A DNA stretch of 64,000 nucleotides from an uncultured Alphaproteobacteria bacterium. Its GTDB lineage: Bacteria > Pseudomonadota > Alphaproteobacteria > Rhizobiales > Xanthobacteraceae. Positions 33,595-43,700 of the stretch are shown here, in pieces (the first letter of the stretch is position 1; each line of letters begins with the position of its first letter). Where the stretch lies: the NCBI GenBank assembly GCA_963801955.1, contig CAWDGS010000010.1, positions 207,202 to 271,201 on the forward strand, given 5' to 3'. The notes beneath the pieces are model-generated. The model was given only the letters and a program-made list of their open reading frames with translations, searched no databases and was not told the origin of the DNA. Position numbers and translations under genes: made by a program.

Positions 33595-34575
33595 ATGACA
33601 AGGGCTCATAAAACCATAATCTGCGCGCTGGCGGCGTCGTTCGCCGCTTTTTCCACGGCACCGGCGCGTGCCCAATCCGACTTTCCGAACCGCCCGATCC
33701 ATTTCATCGTCGGCTTTGCGGCCGGCGGCGGAAATGATTTGTTCGCCCGCTTGGTCGTACAACAAGTTCCAGGAAAATACCGGCGCGACCGCGGTGATCG
33801 ACAACAGGGTCGGCGCGGGCGGGCGCATCGCCGCCGAGTTCGCGGCGCGAGCGCCGGCCGACGGCTACACGGTGCTGGTCGGCGCCACCGGGCAGATGTC
33901 GATCGCCACTGCGATCTTTCCCGATCTCAGCTACAACGCCAGTACCAGTTTCATTCCGCTCAACATGATCGCCTCGTTCCCGCTGGTGCTGGTCGTGCCG
34001 GCAGACCATCCGGTCAAGAACGTGAAGGAGCTTGTCGCCTGGGCGAAGGCCAATCCCGACAAGTCGAATTACGGCACGTCGTCGCCGGCCTTCACCATCG
34101 CGAGCGAGCTGCTCAAGCTCAAGACCGGAATGCCGGCGGTCGCGATCCCGTACAAGAGCAGCAATGAGTTCGAACCTGAGCGTCGTCGCCGGGCAGTGCC
34201 TGTTCACCATCTCCGACGGCCCGCCGGTCATTCCGCTGGTCAAGGGCGGCAAGACCCGCGCGCTGGCGGTGACCGGCGCCGAGCGCTCGCCCGAACTGCC
34301 CGATGTCCCGAGCATGGCCGAGGCCGGCTTTCCGGAAGTCGATACCCAGCTGTGGAGCGGCTTCTTCGTGCCGGCCGGTACGCCGGCGCCGGTCGTCGCC
34401 AAGCTGACGGCGGAACTCGGCAAGGCGCTCGCCGATCCCGGCGTGCAGGAAGGTCTGAAGAAGATGGCCGTAACGCCGGGCGGGCCGACCGGCGATGCGT
34501 TCAAGAAAGCGCATCGATGCCGACATCAAGACCTTTGCCGACGTCGTGAAGGCCGCCAACCTGACCTTTAAGTAG
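33595..34575 (+). CDS. Bug family (TctC-like) tripartite tricarboxylate transporter substrate-binding protein; three frame disruptions
   Basis: Signal peptide MTRAHKTIICALAASFAAFSTAPARA, then FPNRPIHFIVGFAAGGGNDLFAR, VIDNRVGAGG and YKSSNE. The tail ..IDADIKTFADVVKAANLTFK-stop ends at 34575. Shifts are near 33765, 34170 and 34510. Confidence 0.8.
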
Positions 34576-34687
34576 TCATCAACGTTATAACCATCGAACA
34601 CCGCCACACGCGTCGTGCATTCGCCTAAATCAATTGCCGCCGCGCCTGCCACTGCTATTGTTATTTGAAGAGTGGGATAGTGGTAAT

Positions 34688-35159
34688 ATGCGCTTGCTGG
34701 CAGTTTCTGCGGTCGTGGCGTCTTTCGTCGTGTCTGCTCAGCGCGAACGCCGCGTCGGTCGACGAATTGTTCCAGCAATTTGATCTGTTTGGAACCTGGG
34801 CGGCCGATTGCAGCAGACCGGCGACACCGTCCAATCCGCGTGTCAGCATTACCACGCCGAGCGCAGGGCTGGTGCTGGAAGATCACGACCTCGGTCCTGA
34901 TTTCGCGGTCAACCGCTACAGCGTCCTGTCGGCCGAACGGATTTCGGCGAGCAGCATGTCGGTTGATGTGATTTTTCAGCCCGGCACCGAGGTCGAGGAA
35001 CGGCAGAAACTCGTTTTCTCAGTGCGCGACAACACGCGCCGTACGATGTTCAACCAGGCCGATGGTGGGACAGTGCGCGTCAAAGACGGCATCGCGCTCG
35101 CGCGCGGCAGCAAGACGCCGTTGCTGCGGAAGTGCGAGGAGGGTGGGGTCAGCCACTGA
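34688..35159 (+). CDS. Hypothetical exported protein; probable frame disruption in the signal peptide
   Basis: ATG 34688 gives MRLLAVSAVVASFVV (signal-like). ORF 34665..35159 then carries the rest (..SANAASVDELFQQFDLFGTWAADCSRP...). I recognise no family. Confidence 0.4.
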
Positions 35160-35181
35160 GGATTGCTGTGCGCAGCGGCAA

Positions 35182-37281
35182 TCAGACGTCCAGCAATTCC
35201 GCGCTGGCGAATTCGGCCTTTTCCTGGATGAATTCGAAGCGCGCTTCGGCCTTGGTGCCCATCAGCCGCTCGACCGCCCTGGCGGTCGGTTTCATTTCTT
35301 TCTCCGCCAGGACGACGCGCAGCAGCGTGCGCTTGCCGGGGTCCATGGTGGTTTCTTTCAGCTGCGCGGCCATCATCTCGCCCAGGCCCTTGAAGCGGCT
35401 GACCTCGACCTTGGCGTTGGCGTGGAATTCCTTCTTGAGCAGCGCATCTTTGTGCTTGTCGTCGCGCGCGTAGACGATCTTGCCGCCGTGCTGCAGACGG
35501 AACAGCGGCGGCACTGCGAGATAGAGCCGGCCGCCCTCGATCAGCTTCTGCATCTGCCGGTAGAAGAAGGTGATCAGGAGCGAGGCGATATGCGCGCCGT
35601 CGACGTCGGCGTCGGTCATGATGATGACCTTCTCGTAGCGCAGATCCTTCTCGTGATAGTGCGTGCCGGTGCCGCAGCCGAGCGCCTGGATCAGATCGGC
35701 AAGCTGGGCGTTCTGCGCCAGCTTGTCCTTGCCGGCGGAAGCGACGTTCAGGATCTTGCCGCGCAGTGGCAGCACGGCCTGCGTACGGCGGTCACGCGCC
35801 TGTTTGGCGGAGCCGCCGGCGCTGTCGCCCTCGACGATGAAAATCTCCGAGCCTTCCGATGCCGATGACGTGCAGTCGGCGAGCTTGCCGGGGAGGCGCA
35901 ATTTGCGCACCGCGGTCTTGCGCGCGATGTCCTTTTCCTGGCGGCGGCGGAGGCGTTCTTCGGCGCGCTCGATGACGAAATCGAGCAGCTTGTTGGCTTG
36001 CAGCGGGTTGCCGGCAAGCCAGTGATCGAATGGATCCTTGATCGCCTGCTCGACGATGCGCTGCGCTTCGGCGGTGGCGAGGCGGTCCTTGGTCTGGCCC
36101 TGGAATTCCGGCTCGCGCACGAACACCGACAGCATGCAGCCGGCGCCGGTCATGATGTCGTCGCTGGTAATGGGTGCGGCGCGTTTTTCCTGCCCGATGC
36201 GGGCGGCGTGATCCTTCAAGCCGCGCAGCAGCGCGGAACGCAGGCCGGATTCGTGCGTGCCGCCATCGGGCGTCGGGATGGTGTTGCAATAGGAGTTGAG
36301 AAAGCCGTCGGTGTCGGCGGTCCAGGCAACGGCCCATTGCACCGCGCCGTGCGCGCCGACTTTTCCGTGCGTGCCGGAGAAGATATCCGGATGCACCAGC
36401 GTCGCGTCCTTGAGTTGATCGGAGAGATAATCCTTCAGACCTTGTTCGAAATGGAAGGTCGCCTTTTCGGGCACGTCCTCGATGCCCTTGAGCAGGGCCT
36501 TGTCGCAGTGCCAGCGAATTTCGACGCCGCCGAACAGATAGGCCTTCGAGCGCGTCATCTTGAACACGCGATCGGCCTTGAACGCGGCCTTCGGTCCGAA
36601 GATCTGCGGATCCGGCCTGAACCGGACCTTGGTGCCGCGCCGGTTCGGCGCGCGCCCGGCTTTTTCCAGCTTGCCTTTCGGCTTGCCGCGCTCGAACGCC
36701 ATCCGGTAGAGCTGCTGTTCGCGCGCGACCTCGACTTCCATGCGTTCGGACAGCGCATTGGCGACCGAGACGCCGACGCCGTGCAGGCCACCGGACGTCT
36801 CGTAGACTTTCGAGTCGAATTTGCCGCCGGCGTGCAGCATGCACATGATCACTTCCAGCGCCGACTTGCTCTTGAATTTCGGATGCGGATCGACCGGAAT
36901 GCCGCGGCCATTATCGGTGACCGAGACAAAGCCGTTGGCTTCCATCTCGACTTCAATCCAGTCGGCGTGACCGGCGAGCGCCTCGTCCATGGCGTTGTCG
37001 ATCACTTCGGCAAACAGATGATGCAGCGCCTTTTCGTCGGTGCCGCCGATATACATGCCGGGGCGGCGGCGGACCGGCTCAAGACCCTCCAGCACCTCGA
37101 TGTGCTTGGCGGTATAGCCGGCCTCGGCGCTCGACCCGCGCCCTGAAGGTTTTCCCCGTGCGCTGGTCTTGGCGCGCGCCGACGCCTTCGGCGCCTTGCG
37201 GGCGGACGATTTCGAGTTCCGCGCCGAATCGAACAGGTCGGGCTGTTTCGCGGGTTTTTTCTTGGTCGCTGTCTTGGCCAT
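35182..37281 (-). CDS. parE: DNA topoisomerase IV subunit B
   Basis: It has a Lys-rich N-terminus, GLEPVRRRPGMYIGG, GLHGVGVSV, EGDSAGGSAKQ, PLRGKILNV and IMTDADVDGAHI. It is ~700 aa without the GyrB-specific insertion. Intact. Confidence 0.9.
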   Translation of the reverse strand: MAKTATKKKPAKQPDLFDSARNSKSSARKAPKASARAKTSARGKPSGRGSSAEAGYTAKHIEVLEGLEPVRRRPGMYIGGTDEKALHHLFAEVIDNAMDEALAGHADWIEVEMEANGFVSVTDNGRGIPVDPHPKFKSKSALEVIMCMLHAGGKFDSKVYETSGGLHGVGVSVANALSERMEVEVAREQQLYRMAFERGKPKGKLEKAGRAPNRRGTKVRFRPDPQIFGPKAAFKADRVFKMTRSKAYLFGGVEIRWHCDKALLKGIEDVPEKATFHFEQGLKDYLSDQLKDATLVHPDIFSGTHGKVGAHGAVQWAVAWTADTDGFLNSYCNTIPTPDGGTHESGLRSALLRGLKDHAARIGQEKRAAPITSDDIMTGAGCMLSVFVREPEFQGQTKDRLATAEAQRIVEQAIKDPFDHWLAGNPLQANKLLDFVIERAEERLRRRQEKDIARKTAVRKLRLPGKLADCTSSASEGSEIFIVEGDSAGGSAKQARDRRTQAVLPLRGKILNVASAGKDKLAQNAQLADLIQALGCGTGTHYHEKDLRYEKVIIMTDADVDGAHIASLLITFFYRQMQKLIEGGRLYLAVPPLFRLQHGGKIVYARDDKHKDALLKKEFHANAKVEVSRFKGLGEMMAAQLKETTMDPGKRTLLRVVLAEKEMKPTARAVERLMGTKAEARFEFIQEKAEFASAELLDV

Positions 37282-37484
37282 CGAGCCCTTCAGATAGGAA
37301 TACGGCGAATCAGTTGCCAGCCAATATGCCACGGTTGTGTGAATTTGACCGGCGCCAGCCTGCGCCCTGCCGCTTAAGAGAAAGTTTAAGGAGGCTGCAC
37401 TTACAGGACTCTAACCGCCTCATCCAGCATCATTTTCCTTGCAACTTTGGCCAACTGCAGGACCCGTCGCCCACCATGATGGGC

Positions 37485-39956
37485 TCATCGCGGCGACAAT
37501 TCGACTTGTCGCTTGAGGGTTTCGATCAAGGCGGTAAGGCCCGGATCAGCAGGACTGATGTGCGCCAGCCGCTCGGCATAGTCGAGTGCGGATTTCGCGT
37601 CGCCGCTGTCACGGCTGAAGGCAATCAGCGCCAACAAGGTGTCGCGATCATTCGGGTGGCGCGCGAGATTGCTTTTCAGAACGGTGATCGCATCTTGAGC
37701 CCGCCCGCCCGATTGCAAGGCAACCGCATACACATAGGCATATCGCGCGCGCTCGGGGTCGAGTTCGCTGGCTTTGCTCAGCTCGGCGAGTGCCTCGTCG
37801 TTGCGCTTCAGGCGCACAAGCGCCAGCCCGAGCGCGTGATGCAGGCCGGCGTCTCGTGGCGCCGCGACGATCGCGTCTTGTAGAATCTTTATGCTGTCGC
37901 TGTCGCGTCCGCGCTGCCGATACAAATCGGCAAGATTGATCGCCGCGGGCGCAAATTGCGGGCTCAGCCGCAGGGCTGCGGAGAATTCGGTTTCCGCCTC
38001 GGCGGCTCGTCCGCGATGCGCGTAGAACGACCCCAACGCGGTCCGGGCTTCGGGACGGTCGGCATTGAACCGCTGTGCGGCGACGAATTCGTCCGCGGCG
38101 CGGTCGAAACGTTCCCGATCCGCGGGCGGCTGCCTCGTTGTCGGCACTGACGCGAGCAAAGATGCGGCCCGGATACGAACGCCGCGGACAGAGTCGGACA
38201 GGAGCGGCGAGACCAGGGGCCACAGGCTTTCTGGCTGGACGCCCTCCACCATGTCGAGGGCACCGAGGCGCACCATCGGGTCTGGATCGGAAAGGCTCTT
38301 TCTCGCCAGATCGAAATTGGCCGGCGAGATGTACGCGTTCAATTCGGCCAGAGCGCCGGCGCGCACATAAGCGGACGTGTTGCCGTCGGATACGACCGCG
38401 GCGAGCAACTTTTCCGCATCAGGCTGCTCCGTCCAGGCGGCGTGGAAGGCTTCGGCATAAGTCTGGGAACCTTTCCGGTTTGGCCCATGCCAGCGTTCGA
38501 TGGCCGCAGCCGCCCATTGCGGTGACTGGTCGCGATGGCAATTGTTGCATGCGTTGGGCGTGCCGAGCTTTGCCGACACATCCGGCCGCGGGACGCGGAA
38601 ACTGTGGTCGTGCCGGGGATCGACGATCATGTAGTTGCGCGCCTGCATATGGCACGACGTGCAGGGGAGGGGCGGTTTTACCTCTCCATGCTGGCGATGT
38701 GCGACGACGTCGAATTTGTCCGGTGCGTGGCATTGCACGCAGACCCCGTTTCCCGGCGCGCGCAGGGCCGCACTATGCGGCTCGTGGCAATCGCTGCAGG
38801 TGACGCCCTTTGCGAACATCTCGCTCTGCTTGAAGGGTTGATAGTTATAGGGCTCTTCAACGTCGCGGATCTGCCCATCGGCAAAAAACAGCCGCCGCTC
38901 GAACGGCGATACCCGATGCGTGTTGGACAGCCATCGGCCTGGCACCCAATCCTCGGAAAATGCGCCGCCCCGCGCGTGGCAGAAGCCGCAGGTCTCCACC
39001 TCGGTGCGCAGGAGTGCCGGTGCAATACTGCGCTGCGGTTTGCCGTTCTGCGGGTTCGGCGCCCAGGTGACGTTCGCGCGTTCATCGAAGCGAACGGAGA
39101 GGCCCTTGCTCCGGTCTTCGCGCTTGCCGAACGGCCACCAGCTTGCCTGGTTGCGCGCCCACGCAACATGGTCGGATCCAGTTCCGTGACAGGTTTCGCA
39201 GCCGACGCTGATCTCAGCCCATGTCGTCGCGAACTTGTCGGTCGCAGCATCGTAATTCTTGCGCACGCCGGTCGAATGGCATTCGGCGCACATGAAATTC
39301 CAGTTCTGGTTCAGCTTGGTCCAGTGCAGGACATCGTCGTGGCGGATATTTTCGTCCGGGTAGAGATGAAACCAGCGCTGGCCGCCCTGGTCCTTCGGCC
39401 GTGAATCCCAGGCGATCGATAGCGCCTGAATGCGTCCGTCGGGAAATTCGATCAGATATTGCTGCAATGGATCGAGGCCGAACGTATATTTGACCTCGAA
39501 GGTGGCGAGCTTGCCGTCAGGACCATCGGTCTCGACGAAATACTTTCCATCCTTGCGGAAGAAGCGCGACGTTACACCGTAATACTCGAACGTCACACCG
39601 GAGAAATCGCCCAGCACCGATTTGTCGGTGGCATGGTCCATCGCCTTTTTGTGCTGCGATGTTTGCCACAGTCTGGCTTCGGCCTGGTGGCAACCGGCGC
39701 AGGTCTCGCTGCCGACATAAGCCGCCGCTGCAGCCGGCGTGCCGGAGCTTCCTGCAACGAGCGTCGACAACGTGCCGCTGCCGGCAATCAGCCACGCCAC
39801 CGTGCCTGCCGCGAGTACGATTATGATTGCGGCTGCGATCCACCGGTGTCGCTTGCGTGCGGGTGGCCCGCCGCCGGACTGACCGCCTGCCGATGAAAGG
39901 CCTTGGCTTTTATTTGGCTTGAATCTTTGCCGCGGCTCGCGATTCGAACTGGCCAT
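37485..39956 (-). CDS. Multihaem (8 x CXXCH) c-type cytochrome domain fused to HEAT-like and TPR repeats; N-terminal membrane anchor
   Basis: The CXXCH motifs are CAGCH, CAECH, CETCH, CGFCH, CSDCH, CVQCH, CTSCH and CNNCH. The TM segment is WIAAAIIIVLAAGTVAWLIA. The C-terminal ~330 aa is TPR-like (ALRLSPQFAPAAINLADLYRQRGR...). 823 aa from ATG 39956, intact. Confidence 0.75.
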   Translation of the reverse strand: MASSNREPRQRFKPNKSQGLSSAGGQSGGGPPARKRHRWIAAAIIIVLAAGTVAWLIAGSGTLSTLVAGSSGTPAAAAAYVGSETCAGCHQAEARLWQTSQHKKAMDHATDKSVLGDFSGVTFEYYGVTSRFFRKDGKYFVETDGPDGKLATFEVKYTFGLDPLQQYLIEFPDGRIQALSIAWDSRPKDQGGQRWFHLYPDENIRHDDVLHWTKLNQNWNFMCAECHSTGVRKNYDAATDKFATTWAEISVGCETCHGTGSDHVAWARNQASWWPFGKREDRSKGLSVRFDERANVTWAPNPQNGKPQRSIAPALLRTEVETCGFCHARGGAFSEDWVPGRWLSNTHRVSPFERRLFFADGQIRDVEEPYNYQPFKQSEMFAKGVTCSDCHEPHSAALRAPGNGVCVQCHAPDKFDVVAHRQHGEVKPPLPCTSCHMQARNYMIVDPRHDHSFRVPRPDVSAKLGTPNACNNCHRDQSPQWAAAAIERWHGPNRKGSQTYAEAFHAAWTEQPDAEKLLAAVVSDGNTSAYVRAGALAELNAYISPANFDLARKSLSDPDPMVRLGALDMVEGVQPESLWPLVSPLLSDSVRGVRIRAASLLASVPTTRQPPADRERFDRAADEFVAAQRFNADRPEARTALGSFYAHRGRAAEAETEFSAALRLSPQFAPAAINLADLYRQRGRDSDSIKILQDAIVAAPRDAGLHHALGLALVRLKRNDEALAELSKASELDPERARYAYVYAVALQSGGRAQDAITVLKSNLARHPNDRDTLLALIAFSRDSGDAKSALDYAERLAHISPADPGLTALIETLKRQVELSPR

Positions 39957-40018
39957 CGATGAGCTTGTCTCCCGCCCGTACCGTGGCACAAAAACGAATA
40001 GTCCGCGAGACGCAGGTT

Positions 40019-41056
40019 TTATTGCCCTGGCGGGAAAATGACTTTCCAATCCTTCTTCATGTCCGCCACCGTCCATTTATTGATGGCCGCGGCGTCCAGC
40101 GCTTTGTCGAGCTTTCCAAACTCGGTGTCGCGGTCATAGGCGTATTCTCGCTCTGCGTCGGTGTGGTGGACAATCAGACCGAGGCGCACGCCGCCGCTCA
40201 TCGTTGTCCATTGCAGCATTTGGAGGTCGCCATCGGAGTTGCCAAACGCGGCGATCGGACGGCGGCCGATGAATTCATTGATGCCGACCGGTTTGCCAGC
40301 TTTGTCGTCGATAAAATTGACTTCCGGGAGGCGGAACAGCTCGGGCCTGCCCTGGCGCATTTCAAACCTGGTCTTGATCGATGAGCCCACCACCTGTTCG
40401 GGCGGAACGCCATAGACCCGCTCGCTCCACGGGCGCATGAACTCGATGCCGCCACCCGAGACGATGTAGGTCTTGAAGCCGTTGGCACGCAGATAGGCGA
40501 GCACTTCGAGCATCGGCTGGTAGACGAGCTCGGTATAGGGCCGCTTGAAGCGCGGATGACGCGCGGTGGCGAGCCAGTCGGTCACGATCTTTGCGAATTC
40601 ATCGCTGGTCATGCCGGCATGCGTCACCATGATCAGTTCGGCCAATCCGCGCTCGCCGGATTCGGCCAGCGTTTTCATGTCGCCGTCGAGCACCGCCTTG
40701 AAGGGCTGTTTGTCTTTCCATTCCGGATGCAGCGGCGCCATCGCCTTCACGCGATCGAGCGCGAAAGCCAGTTGCACGTACATCGGATGCTCCGACCACA
40801 GCGTCCCGTCGTTGTCGAAAGTCGCGATGCGCTGCGGCGCCGGAACGAAATCCGGCGAGCCCTCCCGCGTCACCGCGGTGACAAAATTGACGATCGATTG
40901 TTTCGAGGCGCCGTCGTTCCAGGAGGGGAGCGGGTCGGCCGCGGCTGCAGTCTGGGCAGCGGCGGCTGAGAATATTTGCGGCAGCACCGGAAGCACCGCC
41001 AGCGCCGAGAGCAGCGTCCGACGGCTAAAGTCCGGGAAAAAAGCATTCGATGACAT
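40019..41056 (-). CDS. Exported HAD-superfamily hydrolase (putative phosphatase) with Tat-type signal
   Basis: SRRTLLSALAVLPVL is twin-arginine-like. HAD motif I is ATFDNDGTLW; IVSGGG and GNSDGDLQML follow. It lies 62 nt upstream of the cytochrome gene on the same strand. Confidence 0.65.
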   Translation of the reverse strand: MSSNAFFPDFSRRTLLSALAVLPVLPQIFSAAAAQTAAAADPLPSWNDGASKQSIVNFVTAVTREGSPDFVPAPQRIATFDNDGTLWSEHPMYVQLAFALDRVKAMAPLHPEWKDKQPFKAVLDGDMKTLAESGERGLAELIMVTHAGMTSDEFAKIVTDWLATARHPRFKRPYTELVYQPMLEVLAYLRANGFKTYIVSGGGIEFMRPWSERVYGVPPEQVVGSSIKTRFEMRQGRPELFRLPEVNFIDDKAGKPVGINEFIGRRPIAAFGNSDGDLQMLQWTTMSGGVRLGLIVHHTDAEREYAYDRDTEFGKLDKALDAAAINKWTVADMKKDWKVIFPPGQ

Positions 41057-41108
41057 TTTATTCTCCCTGCCTCGCTGTCCTCACTCAGCATTCCTGAGGA
41101 AACACAGA

Positions 41109-41140
41109 GGCGGGCGGCCTGTGTTTGCAGGCCGCCCGCC
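41109..41140 (-). terminator. Rho-independent terminator after arylsulfatase-1
   Basis: A perfect 13-bp stem GGCGGGCGGCCTG / CAGGCCGCCCGCC has a 6-nt loop. On the minus-strand transcript it is followed by UCUGUGUUUCC. Confidence 0.7.
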
Positions 41141-41156
41141 CTTGCTTGCATTTCAA

Positions 41157-42797
41157 TTACTGGCCGGTGCCTTTGCTTGCTCTCTCGGCTTCCTCCATCC
41201 TTTTCGCCATCTCAGCTTTGACGGCGTCGAGATTGAAGCTCGCGCCTCGCTGCATCGGCGGGAAGTCGATGAAGGTCTGGATTTCCTTGGCCATGACCTG
41301 CTGGACGAATACGAAGCGCCAGAATTGGTACTTGAACCAGTCGAAGTACTGCTGGCCGCCTTCTTTCGTGCCGTTGTTCGGCCAGCCTGTGCGCTCGAAT
41401 GGATCGAGACGCAGGTTGGTGATGTAGGGCACGTCCGGGTGCGTCTTTTCGCCCAACCAGCCCGCGGGCTGATCGATGAAGCGGAACTTGTAGTCATCGA
41501 TGCGCACCGCGCCGACCGTGCTTTCACCAAGGTAGAAGATCTCGTGACGCACGGACGGTCCCTTGCCGGTGATGGCGGCCAGTCTGGTTGTAGCCATCCA
41601 GATGGTTCTTGTAGGTCCGGTCACCGATCGTTTTGCCCTTCAGCAATTCGTCGACGATGTTCGGATTGCCGGCAGCGGCCACAAACGTCGGCAACCAGTC
41701 CAGGCCGGAGAAGATTCCGTTCTGCACGGTGTCCGCCGGCACCTTGCCGGGCCAGCGAATGATCGCCGGCACGCGGAAGCCACCCTCGAGCACCGTTCCC
41801 TTGGATTGCGCGAACGGCGTCTGTCCGCCGTCAGGCCAGGTGAAGACTTCGGTGCCGTTGTCGGTGGTGAAGACGACGATGGTGTTGTCGTCGACGCCGA
41901 GGTCCTTGATCTTCTTCATCACGAGACCGACGTCGTCATCGAGCTGGGCCATGCCGGCTTCTTCTTCCGACCAGCCATTCTCCGAATTGCGCATTGCCTC
42001 GATACTTGGGCGAAAGATGCGTGACGATGTGCATGCGCGTCGGGTTGAGCCAGACGAAGAACGGCTTGCCGTCCTTTTTGGCCTTGTCCATGAAGCTGAG
42101 GGCGAAGTCGCGGATCTCGTCGTCTACCGTTTCCATCCGCTTGGGATAGAGCGTGCCGGCGTCCTCGATCCGTTGTTTGCCGATCTTGCCCCAGCGCGGC
42201 ATGTCCGTCGGGATCATCTCTGTCGGTGGCCCAGCTGTGAACCATGTTGCGCGGGCCGACGACATTCAGCAGGTTCTGCGGATAGTTCGGATGCGCCGGG
42301 TCTTCCATCGCATCGAGGTGATATAAATAGCCGAAGAATTCGTCGAAGCCGTGCACCGTCGGCAGAAATTCATTTTTGTCGCCAAGGTGATTCTTGCCGA
42401 ACTGGCCGGTGGCGTAGCCCATCGATTTCAACACGGTGGCAATCGTCACCGCTTCGGCCGGGAGGCCGACTGACGCGCCCGCCTGGCCAACCGTGGTCAT
42501 GCCGGTTCGGATCGGTAGCTCGCCGGTGATGAAGTTCGCGCGGCCCGCCGTGCAGCTCGCCTCGGCATAGTAGTCCGTGAACAACATGCCTTCCTTCGCG
42601 ATCTTGTCGAGGTTGGGTGTTCTGCCCGCCATCAGACCGCGATGATAAGCGCCGATATTCCACATGCCGATATCGTCGCCCATGATGACGACGATGTTCG
42701 GCTTTTGCTGCTGTTGCGCAGCCGCAGGCAAGGTCATCGCAAGCGCCGCAAAGCCCGAAGCCAACAGGCTGTAACAAGCGTTTCTGATCACACTCAT
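41157..42797 (-). CDS. Arylsulfatase (sulfatase family, Cys-type) paralogue 1; three frame disruptions
   Basis: It has a signal peptide, then KPNIVVIMGDDIGMWN, the FGly motif SCTAGRANFITG, GKNHLGD and TTDNGTE. Four colinear pieces are 41919..42821, 41936..42265, 41524..41994 and 41157..41624. ATG 42797 follows AGAGGAAAG. Confidence 0.85.
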
Positions 42798-42892
42798 GGT
42801 CGAACTTTCCTCTGTTGACAACCTGGAACTAATTCAGCTGCGCCGAAGCGCCGGAACGAATTGTTCAGTTAACGCGGGCGGCGCTTGCCAAT

Positions 42893-42906
42893 TTGATCTA
42901 GATCAA
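42893..42906. promoter_or_regulatory. FNR/FixK-type (CRP-FNR family) binding box, perfect palindrome
   Basis: TTGATCTAGATCAA is TTGAT-N4-ATCAA. It lies in the intergenic region upstream of arylsulfatase-1 (start 42797). Confidence 0.65.
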
Positions 42907-43183
42907 GATGACTGAAGCTATCCGGCCCAGTCATTCACTCCCTCGTGAAGAACCATTTGCATTGAAGCACCTTCAGAGCCGGCGGCGCCTGCGCTACGGC
43001 GCGACACTAGTGACGTCGCGCACGAAGTCATCCTCACACTGGCGTTAGGCAAGTTAAATTGCCCAATGAGGAAGGTGGCAAAATGCGCAGGTGAGGGGAG
43101 GCTTGCGGCCACCGGCGGTAATTTAATTCAAGCCATCGACGCGTAGGAGATTTCCGCCAGAGGACCTGAGCTACGACCTTGCT

Positions 43184-43573
43184 TTACCTTGCGCCGGCTT
43201 TTGCAATCGCATCAATCAACTGGCGCGCGGGGAAGGGCTTTCGCAGGTAGTCGACACAGCCAGTTTCAAGAGCTTGCAGACGAATGGCTTCGTCATCCAA
43301 CGCCGTCATGAAGATGACCGGAACTGCGACGTGAGAAGCCTTAAGCTGCCGCTGTAATTCAATACCGGACATGCCGGTGAGGTTGATGTCCAGAAGGAGG
43401 TAGTCCGCTTCGGGCGCAGGCTTGTTTGCCAGGAATTCTTCGGCGGACGGAAAGACCGCGGTCAGGAAGCCGTGGGCGTCTAACAGATCCTTCGTTGCAT
43501 TAAGCATGCTCGGATCGTCATCAACGATGGCCACAAGCTTTCGGCGTCCTTGCATAGAGTTTTTTATGACCAT
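43184..43573 (-). CDS. Single-domain response regulator (CheY-like receiver)
   Basis: VAIVDDDPSML...YLLLDINLTGMSG...VIFMTA...YLRKPF. 129 aa with no output domain. Confidence 0.85.
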   Translation of the reverse strand: MVIKNSMQGRRKLVAIVDDDPSMLNATKDLLDAHGFLTAVFPSAEEFLANKPAPEADYLLLDINLTGMSGIELQRQLKASHVAVPVIFMTALDDEAIRLQALETGCVDYLRKPFPARQLIDAIAKAGAR

Positions 43574-43700
43574 CTGGTCCAGACAAACCGAATAGGGAAG
43601 CCTTCTTCATGTTGTTCCTATTGTGACAGAAAAGGCGGCTAAGCGGACCTGCCCATTTGGGAGACGCATAAAATGGACCTAAAAGTTTTTACGCTCAGTC

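Noticed and set aside
42918-43112. A 64-aa minus-strand ORF, and a 28-codon plus-strand ORF, in the gap right of the first FNR box.
   Set aside because: Neither has an RBS, a recognisable motif or coding-like composition. They are mentioned only because a rightward transcript might start here.
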